Shown here in pieces: positions 1 to 12,550 of a stretch of 64,000 nucleotides of DNA. The stretch is from Sphyrna mokarran. Lineage: Eukaryota. The stretch spans positions 7,254,001-7,318,000 of the forward strand of contig JAGIQG010000019.1 in the NCBI GenBank assembly GCA_024679065.1, given 5' to 3'. Positions within the stretch are counted from its first letter, which is position 1. Each line of letters starts with the position of its first letter. The notes below the pieces were generated by a model. The model saw only the letters and a list, made by a program, of their open reading frames with translations, had not been told where the DNA came from and searched no databases. The position numbers and the translations under genes are program-made.

Positions 1-818
1 TTGTCAGCCACTGGAGAGGTGGATAGAGTGGTACTTAAACTATTTTCCTCTGGTTCCTGCCAATTGACTATTCGTATAAAAGTTGACATGTTGGGGGTCC
101 CTTCATTTCTTTTGTCTAACATGTGAGATTTTGGATTAGTTGGTAACATTCTTACCTCAGAGTGAGAAGAGGCATGGTTCTATCTCCATTCCAGACAAAG
201 CAGGGACCGTGATTCAGGCCTGTATGCTCCTCTGGGAGGTGGGAATTAGAGTGGTTTCGAAGTCCTGAACCCAACTCCAAGAGAAAACTGATTGAAGTCA
301 AAATTGTTACGGTGTGAGATCTTAATTAGCATGGGGACAGGTTCCCTCATTAACTCAGAGCAGTGGGCAGTTCTCCAAGCTGATGTGACAATATGGGACA
401 CTTTAGTCTAAAAGAGAAGCACCCAGCATGAGATTTTGAAAATTGATGATCAGCCATCAAATTGGTCTGCTCCTGTTTCTAGTTTCTATATTTCCATGGA
501 ATCATAGAATCCCTACAGTGCAGAAAGAGGCCATTCGGCCCATGGAGCTTGTACCAACAACAATCCCACTCAGGCCCTACCTCATATTTACCCTTCTAAT
601 TCCTCCTGATGCTAAGACGCAGTTTAGCATGGCCATTCCGCCTAATTCAAACATCTTTGGACTGTGGGAGGAAACTGGAACACACAGAGGAAAGATTCAT
701 AACCAGACTAATGGCCTGTCCACCTAATGGGAAAAGGTGGGTTTTCCAGATACCAAACCTGTGTCAGTCATTTCAGGAACAGGGTCAGAAGGCTGGCTAG
801 CTTCGTCACAGTAAGAAG

Positions 819-1147
819 GGGGCGGCACGGTAGCACAGTGGTTAGCACTGCTGCTTCACAGCTCCAGGGTCCTGGGTTCAATTCCCGGCTCTGGTCACTG
901 TCTGTGTGGAGTTTGCACTTTCTCCTCGCGTCTGCGTGGGTTTCCTACGGGTACTCCGGTTTCCTCGCACAGTCCAAAAGATGTGCCGCGTTAGGTTGAT
1001 TGGCCATGTTAAAATTGTCCCTTAGGATGTTTAGGTTAGCGGGTAAAATATGTAGGGAAACGGGGTAGGGCCTGGGTGGGATTGTGGTCAGTGCAGACTC
1101 GATGGGCCGAAGGACCTTCTTCTGCACTGCAGGGTTTCTATAATTCT
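819..1147 (+). mobile_element. HE1-type V-SINE (tRNA head, V-domain, CR1 tail)
   Basis: gggcggcacggtagcacagtggttagcactgctgc (A box), gggttcaattccc (B box), V-domain ctgtgtggagtttgcac...gggtttcct, tail gatgggccgaaggaccttcttctgcactg. Confidence 0.9.
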
Positions 1148-1370
1148 CATAACACCAGGTTAAAGTCCAAACAGTTAGTAAACCTACAAGCTTTCGGAAA
1201 CGCTGTTCCTTCATCAGGTGTGTGGAAGGTTCTGACCAGAGAAGGGCATTTAAAGGCACATACAATTTACAGAATACTGATTAGAATGCAAGTCTTTACA
1301 ACTAACCTGTCTTAAAGATGCAGACAATGTGAGTGGAGATAGCATTAGGCACAGGTTAGAGAGATATGTT
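1148..1370 (-). mobile_element. Penelope-like element terminal fragment carrying a minimal hammerhead ribozyme motif
   Basis: Minus strand CACCTGATGAAGGAACAGCGTTTCCGAAAGCTTGT followed by tggactttaacctggtgtt, a typical shark PLE terminus. Confidence 0.75.
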
Positions 1371-2014
1371 GTCGTCACTTCCAGGCCCCTTCCATCCCTG
1401 TTCCTGACATCAATGGGCCCACCTGATCTCTAAAAGCCTGGTGTGGACAGCAGCCTGAATCAGGATGTTCAAATCCCACTCCAGCCCGCCCCATTTTCAG
1501 CTGGTTGGGCATTCCACGTGCAATTGTCCACGCAACAAAAGGTTAATCGGATGGATTGCGTCTGGGAAATGTCACCTAATGCATGTGAATGTTTAACTAG
1601 GTGGGAGTTGAGGCTCGATGTGAAATGTCAGTGAACTTTATTCAGTGCCAGGTTAGAACCATATCTTGGCATGAAGCCTGCCATTGAGCAACTAACTGCA
1701 GGATGTACTCAGGAAGCCATAGTCAGTGAATGACGTGGCATCAGCTGTGCCACCAAACACCCTTCAGTCGTATCCATAATCTGTAAAATTGTGCAGCGGC
1801 ATGAACTCGCTTTCAACTTTTCCTACATTATAATAGAAACTGTCCATCTTGCCGTACAGTAACTAGACTTGTAGCGCCATCTCTGAGAAGGAGGATGTAA
1901 TCGCAGCTTGTCAAGTTTACACACACTAAACGTGGGCGCAATAATTCATAATGGAAACCTCAAACTTTCAGCTGGGGATGAACTTATCTTTGCATGCTTT
2001 CGAAATGAAACAAA

Positions 2015-2342
2015 CATGGAATCCCTAAAGGGCAGAAAGAGGCCATGCAGCCCATTGTTGGGGCCAGCCCATCGAACCTGCACCGATAACAAACCCATCC
2101 ACGTGCTGTCCTCAAGTATTTATCCTGTTAATCCCTCTAATACTATCAGGGAAATTTTGCATGGCCAATCCACCTAACCTGCACATCTTTGGACTGTGGG
2201 AGGAAACTAGAGCATGCGAAGGAAACCCACGCAGACACGGGGAGAATGTGCAAACTCTACACAGACAGTGAGCCAAGGCTGGAATCAAACCCGGGTCCCT
2301 GGCATTGTGAGGCAGCAATGCTAACCCACCGTGCCATCGTGT
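2015..2342 (-). mobile_element. HE1-type V-SINE
   Basis: Reverse complement of head and V-domain (ggaaacccacgcagacacggggagaatgtgcaaactc). Confidence 0.9.
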
Positions 2343-2369
2343 CACCCACAAAGGAAAACAAGGAAACGA

Positions 2370-3225
2370 AGAACAAAGAACTGTACGGCACTGGAACAGG
2401 CCCTTTGGCACACCAAGCTTGCACCAACACATGATGCCTGTCTAAATGAGCGGCACAGTAGCACAGTGGTTAACACTGCTGCTTCATAGCTCCAGGGTTC
2501 TGGGTTTGATTCCCAGCTCAGGTCACTGTCTGTGTGGAGTTTGCACATTCTCCTCATGTCTTTGTGGGTTTCCTCTGGATGTTCTGGCTCCTTCTGCAGT
2601 CCAAAGATGTGTGGGTTAGCTTGATTAACCATGCTAAAATTGCCCCTTAGTGTCCTGGAATGTGTAGGTTAGAGGGATTAGCGGGTAACTATGTAGGGAT
2701 ATGGGGACAGGGCCTGCGTGCAGACTCGATGGGCCGAAGGGCCTGTTTCTGCACTATAGGGTTCTATGTTTTAAATTAAACCTTTTGCATCTATGTGATC
2801 CATATCCCTCTATTCCATGACGATTCATGTATCTGTCGAGATGCTTCTTACACCTTGATATTGTACATGCTTCTACCATCTCCTCTGGCATTCCAGGTAC
2901 TTACCCTCTGTGTAAAGAACATCTCCTTTAAACTTTCCCCCTTTTACTTTAAACCTATTCTCCCTAGTAATTGACATTTCTAGCCTGGGAAAAAGACTGA
3001 AGCTACCCATTCTATCCATGCCTCTTGTAAATTTCTATCCTCATCCTCCAATTTTTAAGTGAAAACAAACCAAGTTTGCCTAATCTCTCTTCAGAGCTAA
3101 CGCTCTCTAAATCAGGAAATATCCTGGTAAACTTTTTCTGTAGCCTCTCCACATCCTTCTGGCAGTGTTGCAACCAGAACTATCAGCAATATTCCAAATG
3201 TGCCCTAACAAAAATTCTATACATT
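2370..3225 (-). mobile_element. CR1 3' fragment interrupted by an HE1 SINE (2447-2770, plus strand)
   Basis: gaacaaagaactgtacggcactggaacaggccc tail; ORF2 end ...gcaaccagaactatcagcaatattccaaatg; SINE head gcggcacagtagcacagtggttaacactgctgc. Confidence 0.8.
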
Positions 3226-3244
3226 ATTGCTACGATTTACCTCA

Positions 3245-3850
3245 TTTTTTGTTCATTTGTGGACATTGCTGGTTCAGACAGGATTTATTGCCCATCCCCA
3301 ATTGTTCTTGAGCTGCTTTCTTGAATGGCTGCAGTCCCTATGGTGCTGTTAGGAAGGGAGATCCAGAATTTCAATTCAGTGAAGGAATGACGATATATTT
3401 CCAAGCCAGGATTGGTTTGGAGGGAAACTTTCAGGCGGTGGTGCTCCCAGGAATCTGCTGCCCTTGTCCATCATGGGGTTGGAAGGTGCTGTCGAAGGAA
3501 CCAGAGTGAATTCTTGCAGTGCATCTTGTCGATGGTACATTACGCTGCTGGTATGTCTTGGAAGGAGAGGGAGGAAATGTTTTGTGGATGGGATGCCAAT
3601 CAAGCGGGCTGCTTTGTACTGGATGGTATTCAACTTCCTGAATGTTGTAGGAACTGCACTCAACAAGGCAAGTTGGGACAGCTCCATCACACTCTTGACT
3701 TGTGCCTTTTAAATGGCTTTGAAGAGTCAGGAGGTGAGTTATTCACCACAGGATTTTCGCCTCCGAGCTAATCTTATGGTCACTGTATTTATATGGCTAG
3801 TCCTGCTCAGTTTCTAGTCAATAGTAATTCCCATAACATTGACAGTTGGT
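3245..3850 (-). mobile_element. LINE 3' fragment (shark family with tttattgcccatccc...tgag tail)
   Basis: Same family recurs at about 8715-8990, 15290-17095, 50150-51150 and 54390-55130; minus ORF KLNTIQYKAARLIG. Confidence 0.7.
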
Positions 3851-3914
3851 ACTTCTACAAGTATTGAAATGTTTCCGGTGTATTGGCCATCATTACAGAG
3901 CTACCTTACGACTC

Positions 3915-4190
3915 TCTAGAATTCCTACATTGCAGAAGGAGGCCATTCGGCCCATCAAATCAGTTCAAACTCTCTGACAGAGTATCTTACCCAGACCCTC
4001 TACTGTAACCCCGCACATCTACCATGGTCAATCCATCTAACCTACACATCTTTGGACTGTGGGAGGAAACCTGGAGGAAACCCACACAGACAAGGGGAGA
4101 ATGTACAACTCCATACAGACAGTGACCCGAGCATGGGACCGAACCCTATGTCCCTGGCACTGTGAGGCAGCAGTTCTATGCCACTGTGTC
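3915..4190 (-). mobile_element. HE1-type V-SINE
   Basis: tagaattcctacattgcagaaggaggccattcggcc tail to ccctggcactgtgaggcagcagt head. Confidence 0.85.
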
Positions 4191-4195
4191 ATTCT

Positions 4196-4825
4196 ATGGG
4201 GAGGCAATGGCTTAGTAATATTATCACTAGACTGTTAATCTAGAAACTCAGCTAAAGTTCTGGGGATCCGGGTTTGAATCCCACCATGGCAGATGGTGGA
4301 ATCTGAATTAAAAAGAAAGCTACCTAGAAATAAGAATCTAAGTGACTATGAAATCGTTGTCAATTGTTGGGAAAACCCATTTGGTCCACTAACGTTCTTC
4401 AGGAAAGGAAATCTGGCGTCCTGGTACAGTGCTATAATGGTTAGCACTGCTGCCTCACAGCGCCACAGACCTAGGTTTGATTTAAGGCTTGCTCTGTGTG
4501 GAGTTTGCACATCCTCCCCCTGTCTGTCCGGGTGCTCCGGTTTCCTCCAAAGGGTGTGCTGGTTAGCTGCATTGGCGCTGCAAAATCCTCCTTCAATGTA
4601 CCCTAATAGGTGCTTTAGTGTGATGACCCGGGGAATTTCACAGTAACTTCATCGCAGTGTTAATGTAAGCCTACTAATAAATAAACTTCACTTTACTTGG
4701 TGTGGCCAATATGTGATTGCAGAGCCACAGCAATGTGGTTGACACTCGACTGTCCTCAGGCAACTAGGAATGGGTAGTAAATGCTGGGCAGCCAGCAATG
4801 CCCATGTTTCACGAATGAATAAGAA
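4196..4825 (+). mobile_element. tRNA-derived SINE (LINE-shared tail) with nested V-SINE at about 4420-4690
   Basis: ggggaggcaatggcttagt...gggtttgaatcccaccatggcagatggtggaat; resumes after the insert with cacagcaatgtggttgac. Same family at 61130-61605. Confidence 0.75.
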
Positions 4826-5601
4826 AAAATGCTGCTCTTTGCGTTCTTCAATGTTTTTTAAAAAAAACATCTACAGAGTTTGAGCTGCAAGACTGACATT
4901 TAATGAATAGCCTAGTTGTCTTTCCTGTGGCACTGAGTCTTCTTCTGGACAAGGTGCAGGGGCTATTAGGTCAGGGGTTGTGAACTCTGACCTTGTGACA
5001 CTGATGGGTTGGCAATAAGTTTCCAAGTCAGTGTGATTTAGAGGGGAACTTGGAGGTGGCAGTGACCATGGTATTCCTATGCACCTGATGCCCATTTACA
5101 ATGCTCAGTTTAATATGAGGGGGCTTACACAGACTTAATCTATTATAGAATACCACATGCAAATTGACTTGAGCACTGGGTCGAAGTTGCAAAATCGCGG
5201 CATATGATAATTGTGTCTGTGTCTGTGAAGTTGGGATAATTTGGTCCCGTCTGATTCATCTTCAAAGAATAAAGACTCTATCCATTGCAAAGTCTGAAAG
5301 ATACAAAAGGTCATGTGGACTATTAAAGCAAGAATAGTGTTTCCTTTTCTACAAAAGGATGTTAAGCGCACTTTACTATGAACTTGTCACTTGAAAGCAC
5401 AAAGCAACGCTACATAATGAAAGAAAAGAACAAAAAGAATTTGATTGTCAGTAGCGTGTAGACAGACAGACTGCAAAGCTCCTCAAAGCTTCCCTTCTTG
5501 TAAGGGGGCGAGGAAGGTGTAAGCATCATTTGCACCATAAACATGAGAGACTGGACCTTTTCAGCAGAGACAAATTCCCTCAGGACATCATTTTTAATAT
5601 T

Positions 5602-5868
5602 TAAACTTTATTTATTATTGTCACACAAGTCACATTAACACTGCAAAGAACTTGCTGTGAAAATCCCCTAGCCGCCACACTCTGGGTACACTGAGGGAGA
5701 ATTTAGCATGGCCAATGCACCTAACCAACTGTGGGAGGAAACCAGAGCACCTAGAGGAAACCCACGCGGATACGGTGATAACATATAGACTCGGCACAGA
5801 CCCAAGCCGGGAATCAAACCCAGGTCCCTGGCGATGTGAGGAAGCAGTGTTAAACACTGTGCCACCAC
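5602..5868 (-). mobile_element. V-SINE, subfamily with ...cattgcagtgttaatgtaagcc...aataaa tail
   Basis: tttatttattattgtcac...cattaacactgca...gtgaaaatccccta; related copies at about 14085-14280, 29190-29540 and 51703-51960. Confidence 0.8.
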
Positions 5869-6008
5869 TTTCCGAATGTAAATAGACAACAGTCAAACTC
5901 TGCCTTTCTGCCACTTCACTCATCCATCCCACTGCAGAGCAGTGCTGGGGCTGTGTACCCAATAGGGTCTCCTTCAGCAGGACAGAGGGTAAATCGAAGC
6001 AATTGCTT

Positions 6009-6195
6009 TCTGCCCCAGGCACAAATACGGTACCCCAGACACAGACCCTATACCCCAGACACAGAGTCTGTACCCCAGATACAGACCCCATACCCCAGAC
6101 AGAGTCTGAATCCCAGACACCAGACTCCATACCCAAGAGATAGATTCTGTATCTCAGGCAGAGACTCTGTACCCCAGGTTGTGTACCCCAGACAA
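6009..6195. repeat. Minisatellite, about 20-bp unit TACCCCAGACACAGACTCTG, roughly 9 degenerate copies
   Basis: taccccagacacagacccta / taccccagacacagagtctg / taccccagatacagacccca and further variants. Confidence 0.9.
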
Positions 6196-9100
6196 ACCCA
6201 GAGAGCTTGTTGACTTGGTTTTCCTCATAAGAGGCCGAGTGGGTCATAGACTGCAGCCATGTGGTAATGTAGATACCATCAGAACAGCGTGGTTATTAAT
6301 TGGAAGGGCTTCCACTCCTTTATTGTGCAATTGGTATGCGACTATCACAGAGGGATAATGCAAGTGGCCATCAAGTAGTTGGGAAAATAGATTTTGATGC
6401 CTTAAATTAGGACATTAAGCCATCAGAGGCATATCCAATGCCAATTCATTCATGATTTTACAGTGACAAGGGTGACATTAGGTAGTTGCCCACCCATCGT
6501 CGAATTGAGTCCCCTAAGTCTACAATCAATGTCCCATTAGGGTCTTCATTGCACTGCCAAACCTTTAGAATTGGCCTTTGCCCAATGTGTAGCTTGGCAG
6601 GTTTAACCCTGCTGGCTTCTGGTCAGTGAAAGAGAAATTGCCTCCAATCTGGGTCCACTGTGGCAATCAGGGGTCACTTCCCTGAGTTTTGCTTGCCCAC
6701 GTTCACCATCCTCTCTGCACTCTGTTCAACATGGCCCCATCTCCCTTTGCTGGCCCCTGTCAGCTTGTGTCCAGGGAGATTTCAGACTTACTTGAACGCC
6801 CAGGCCCATTCCCGGAGGCCAGCTCCTTGGCCTGTCCGCAGTACCAGCAGAGGCCAATGCTCCTGCAGTGCTATCAATGTGCAGAGCTGCTAGTCTCCAA
6901 TTGGTTGATAACTCCATGAGATGGAAGTCTTTCTGGAGATAGATGGAAGCCCTGCTTTGGACTAATTCAAGGGCCAAAGATCGTCAAATGAAAGATGGGG
7001 CAAGCTGACCAAACGAAAGTGTACTCCTCCCTGACATTTACACTGGGGTGTGGGGAGCCTGCCCTCAATGTAAAATCCAGCCCCGAGGAGCTGCTCTGAC
7101 ATGGGTGGGTGCTTTCAGGTTCTGCAGCTTATCTCTACTGGGCATCTTCAGCAATTGGCATCTCATGCGGCAGGGATACCAACCTCAGACTGGCAGATGA
7201 CCTCAATGAGGCAGAGAAGAAGTCCAACTGGAACCATCTCCCCACCAGGGCCACAACAAGACAAGCTATAACATTCAGTCATTGCTTTTATTGGACCATC
7301 AAAGCAATCCAACAACTACCAAAGTGCGTATTTATACAGCGCCTAAATGTAGATCTTTGCAAAAGGCCAACTAACGCTACTCCCAAGGCCTCATTATGTC
7401 TACTGCCAAGCTATAGATTTAAACAACAGGAGGTAACAAGGTTGATTATCAACTACTTCCAAAATTTTCACTTTGAAAAATGTTAGAGAAACTATTTCCA
7501 AGCATTAAGACATCTCCTTTCATTTTGCAAAGAGTTAATGAGAAGGCCCATTAGAAATGATCTTTTCAATATGATATCATTGAGTTCAGGATTCTGGAGC
7601 ATTCCTAGGTTGTGAAAGGCTCTCTACATAAAGGCAATTGTTCCTTTCTTCTCTCTGACTTTGTGATATATTTCCCTTGAAGTATGGTTACCTAAGTCAA
7701 TGGTAGCAGTTCAAAGAAGTGAGACACTCCCAGCAATGTTTGATCAAAGTGCTAAGGCGCTTTCTCCCACACCCAGAGTGGAATTAAACACAAGTGTGCC
7801 ACAACATGCCTTTAACAGCACATCTCCCGACAAGAAGATTCCAGAGCCCAACCCTCAACTGTCATTTGGTAGCAAAAGAAAAGATTCTTCTTGTTTCTTC
7901 ATATCAAATCTTCCAGCAAAATGGCACCTGAGAGAATTGATTTATGAGCACGATAAACCTATAAGGAGACTTCAAAAGTCGAAATATAACTAATGGATTA
8001 GTGCCAATGACGTCTTTTGACAATTATGCCTTTTATTTGGTGAGTATTGGAAGAATATTTTTTCAATTTAAGTTCATTAATTAATTAATGTTACAATATC
8101 TATCCTTAAAATCTATTTTTGCAATGAATGAGGAAATTTTCTTTTGGGAATCATTCACATTCCTATGGTCATGTCAGATATGCTTCTGAATCTGCTTACC
8201 AGTGGCATGTTGGACTATTTATTTTACTGAAGTTAGACGCCACTCCTTTTGTCCTTTCTCCATTCTTATTGCTCCTACCCTGCATCAATAGACACTGATT
8301 GGTGCGTCCATCGAGACTAAGGCACATGTTGCCTGGCTCAAGGCATTGGAGTCTCACTGTCCTGTATTCTTTCTGGATTTGACTTCCCAACACACTGTTC
8401 CATTTGCCAAAGCTAGTGCATCACCATCTTTGTAATGATGGCGCTGCTTGGCTTCAAGCCTTGCTCTTGGCAGCACCACCTGGTGGAGGTTAGAATATGG
8501 GATGAGGTGTTTATTCTGGGGGTCAGGATGCTGATGGTGGGATCCTGCTTGGGTCCAAACCTTGAAGGTTGTCGACACGCCATGATTTTTGAAAGCCAGA
8601 TCAACTGTTGCTCAGCTGGGCATGCTCAGTCTTCAATTAAAGATGGCAGATGGGGTCCCAACGTTGAAAGTCCAATAGGAAACCACCCCCCCCCCCCACC
8701 TCGCGGTTTTTTTCTATTCATTTGTGGGACATGGGCATTGCTGGTTAGCTAATATTTATTGCCCATCCCTAGTTGCCCTTGAGAAGGTGGTGGTGAGCTA
8801 CCTTCTTGAATCGCTGCAATCCATGTACTGTTAGGGAGGAAATCCCACAATTTTGACCCAGCGTCTGCGAAGGAACAGCCGATATATTTCCAAGCCAGGA
8901 TGGTGAGTGGTTCGGAGTGAAAGAGAGAGTATCGGCAACCCAGATGCCAGAGTGGGAAGTAAGTAAGAGATGGCAACTTTCAAACATTCTAAAGTGAAAG
9001 ATGGTCAAAGCCCAGCGTTGTTGGTGGGTGAGTGAGGGTGAGATGCTCCAGCAGAGAGTTGGTACAGACTCAATGGCCTCCTTCTGCACTGTAGGGATTC

Positions 9101-10477
9101 TATGATTCTTAACAAAGACAATACAAAATTGGAAGACTACTGCAGCACTTGGCCGTTGACCTCAGGTGGGATTTTACAGCTTTGGGACAGGAGAGGCTGT
9201 AAAATGTAGGGGTGAGATGCTCCACAAGTTGAGCAGTAGCTGCAGTTATAACCATTTATTGGTTATCAAGGTATCAGGTTTCACTAGTTATTTGACTTGT
9301 TGGCTCCACATTCGGCTGCTAGGAGGCATTCGTTCAGAGTGTTTGGGGTACTACAGCTGGCCAATTGCAGATCTGGTCACTGTGGGTCCTTCAGTGCATC
9401 TAATTGGCTTTTCACTGCTTGTGGGCAGGTCACCATTTCACCCCCAAACCCGCAAAGTCTCAAGCAGTCCAAAGGCTGGACATTGCCAATACGCTGACAT
9501 GCCTGGCAGAGAGCATGAGACACTGGGGCTGCTGTACCCATCAAGCTTCGCCCATTTGGAGACAGGGTCTGAATCCTGGGTCCAGCTGGACAGAGTGACC
9601 GCTGGCCCAAGGGAGGTGGGGCGTGGGAGCCCCCACCGAAGGGTTAGGTTCAAATACCACTCCAAAGACCCTAGCAAACAGAGAGTAGGGCAACTGGAGT
9701 TAATGCCTATCATGTTGCAACTGCAATTGCAACCCCCCCCCCCAACCCTCCCAGTAATAAAGAGTGGTCGAGGCTCTTCACTCAGGTTTACAGCCCTCTC
9801 TGAGGAGACACTCCCCAGGTTAAAATCTGTAAGAAAGGCAACATGGAAACTCTTCAGTTGTTCCTCCCTGGTAAGTGGGTCAGGAGGTTCAAATTACTCA
9901 AGAACTCTGGTGCACAAAGAGTAATATTCTTGGAAGTAGTAAATATGAGTTTAAGTACTCCATCTAGTAACCCGTATTTGATCAGGTCAGCTGTCTATTC
10001 TAGAGTTTGTGAAGATATCTTTCTCCCAGACTGTGTCTGCACTGTGGATGGAGTTTATATTTCTCTACGTACCCAGCACTATTTGGGCTCTCAGTGATCT
10101 GACACTTCATTGCGGTGTTTCTTGGACATTGGTTTGACCAGAGAAGGTGGACACTTCGATAAGAGCAAAATGCTGCAGATGCAAGAAATCAGAAACATAG
10201 AAAATGCTGGAGGAACTCAGCGGGTCTGGCAGTATCTGTGGAGAGAGAAACAGAGCTAATGGCCAACGTTTTCTAGCCCCACCTCACAAGTGCGACAAGA
10301 GCTGAGGCCACCACGGATAGGGGAGAGGTGCATGAAGAAGACAGGCCTATAAACTATTACAGTGGTAGCCCCTGTCCTGTTTAGTGTATATATAAATGAC
10401 CTGCCAACAACAACCACTTCCCGCAAGTCCATCTGTGCTGATTAGATGTCTCTTGTGCTTCATCCTTCTGCCCTCTG

Positions 10478-10752
10478 GACCAGGGACCTGGGTTCCATTT
10501 CAGTCTTGGCTGTCTACGTTCTGCGTAGATTTCTTCCAAGTGCTCTGATTTCCTCTCACACTCCAAAGATGTGCAGGTGAGGTGGATTGTCCATGGTAAA
10601 GTTGACCATTAGTGTCCCAAGAAGTTAAGATTAGGGGGATTAGCAATGGTAATTACATGGTGGTACGGAGATAGGGTTTGGGTGAGATGCTCCATCGGAG
10701 AGTTGGTGCAGGCTCAATGGCCTCTTTCTGCACTGTAGGCGTTCTATGATTC
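10478..10752 (+). mobile_element. HE1-type V-SINE (5' truncated)
   Basis: cagggacctgggttccattt...ccaaagatgtgcaggt...ctgcactgtaggcgttctatgattc. Confidence 0.8.
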
Positions 10753-11919
10753 TTAACAAAGGCAGTACAAAGTTGGAAGGCTTGGCCGTTGACCTCGGGT
10801 GGGGTTTTACAGTTTCGGGATGAGCGAGGCTGTAAAATCCCTTCCTATGTGATGGACTGACCACCTTCAACTCAGCAAATGATGAGAGAATCGCTTAGCT
10901 TCAGGGATTTGCTAACTAAACAAAATAAATGGCCGGATGAAGATGGCGTCTAAGAGGGAATCTTGCCAATGGATGCAGCCTCCCATAGTCATCTCATCGC
11001 AGATCTGAATGGATTGAACTTTGTAGAAGGTGTAGGCCAAATCAACAAGACTGGATTGGTAGATCAGCCATGAAACAGACACCAATTTGGTTGAAGCTTT
11101 TTCATGCGACCCAGTACACCATTCGGAGGTGACATCCATGCTCCTCAGAAGGATTGTCCATATTGGGTATCGTAAGATGAAATTCTTTGAGAAAATGACA
11201 ATATTTAACTGGGGGGTGGTCTCAGCTGTTGGCAAGAGAACCAATGAGGTGCTTATGTGGCGCCTCCTTCTAAAACGGGGAGTGCTGTCACAGGAATTAA
11301 GTGCCTAGGCAGTGACGGGATCTCCCGCGGGTCAAGGTCCCAGTGGCGGAAGTCCTGCCACCTGAATGCTGCCAGCAAGATAGAAACCCACTGCGCTATT
11401 GGATAACCGTGCTACCAGGGAGGTTCTGCCTGCTGCTGGTACCACACCCACTTGAAGCATATCACCCTCGCCGGATCCCAGTGTGAGATGATGGAGGATG
11501 GGACGGGGCGCGGGGGCGGGGGGGTGGTGTCGCTATGGGTTGGGGGGGGGGTCAAAAGGAAGGGCAGCACCAAAGTCAAAGTGGGTGCCTTGCAGAAGGG
11601 CCCTCCCTCCTTCTCAAGGCAGGGTCTCTACACAGCTTCTTCAAGTGGTGCAGAAGTAAGTATCTTAAATGCTGTAAGCTGCAGGGCTATAAGTGGGGGG
11701 ATGGTGGGGTTAGAAAGGGCACCTGTGTTTCTCAGGCTAGCATGGGCAAGATGGGCTGAATGGCGTCCCTCAGTGCTGTAACTTTTCTATAGTTCTTTGG
11801 GTTCTCACCCTGCTGCCTGGTTAAACGACCCACCGTCTCCACCAGACGCCCATGGCAGGGTACATTATACTCTGTATGATGCGTCGGATTTAGCCTAAAA
11901 CCCCTCACATGGGTAATGA

Positions 11920-12180
11920 ATGAGTCATTAAACTGAGACCTTCTCAAGGAGGGGCCTAAAAGATCCTGCGACATGATTGGTAGGAGAGCTGATGAGTTCT
12001 CCCCATGCCCTGACCAATCAACTGATGTCACTAAAACCTGTGGGCAATCTGGTCACTATCGCATGGCTGTTTGTGGGATCTTACTCTGCAGAACTCAACA
12101 ATGAGTGACTACATGTCAAAAGTACTCATTTCAGACATCCTGCGGTTAAGGCAGGCAAGACGTGAACTCAGGTCTTCTGA
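11920..12180 (+). mobile_element. Deu-domain SINE remnant (SacSINE1/AmnSINE-like)
   Basis: taaaagatcc...gagttctcccc...tcactaaaac...tctggtcactatcgcatggctgtttgtgggatctt...gtgactaca..tcaaaagtact; related tail at about 19775-19920. Confidence 0.65.
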
Positions 12181-12550
12181 TTGTGCGAGAGAAATCCATC
12201 CTACCCTCCAGTGACTGTAAAATTACAATCCTGCGGCAGTGACAATATCTCCTCTCACTGGGGTCCCTCAGGGGAAGATAACGTCACATTGAAATATTAG
12301 ACGCAACATCACAAATCACTCAGGCCAAAATGGAACCACTGTGATGAAGAAAGTTATCTCTTTATAAAGGAAAAAGAAATGATTGTTTCCCCAGACAAAA
12401 GAATGGCAACTTTTCATCAAACAACACATTGTAGTCCACAGCTGACCCATCGCATGTAACTTTGAACTTGAGCATTTGTGAGCTTTGGTCATCTAACTGC
12501 AGGACACTATTGGGGTTTGGAGAAATGAGAGGTGATCATGTGGAAACATC

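Noticed and set aside
819-890. tRNA-like A/B boxes here and at many other positions
   Set aside because: These are SINE heads continuing into V-domains, not tRNA genes.
1872-1888. AGCGCCATCTCTGAG CTCF-like motif
   Set aside because: Only the AGATGGCGC half matches and the CCAS part is missing; too weak alone.
6009-6195. Regularly spaced short repeats (CRISPR-like at first glance)
   Set aside because: Units are contiguous with no unique spacers; eukaryotic context and no cas genes. Ordinary minisatellite.
443-6247. Numerous 60-205 aa ORFs (727-999, 2112-2432, 4293-4646, 5630-6247)
   Set aside because: They are translations of HE1/V-SINEs, LINE tails and the 20-bp minisatellite; no splice structure or protein motif.
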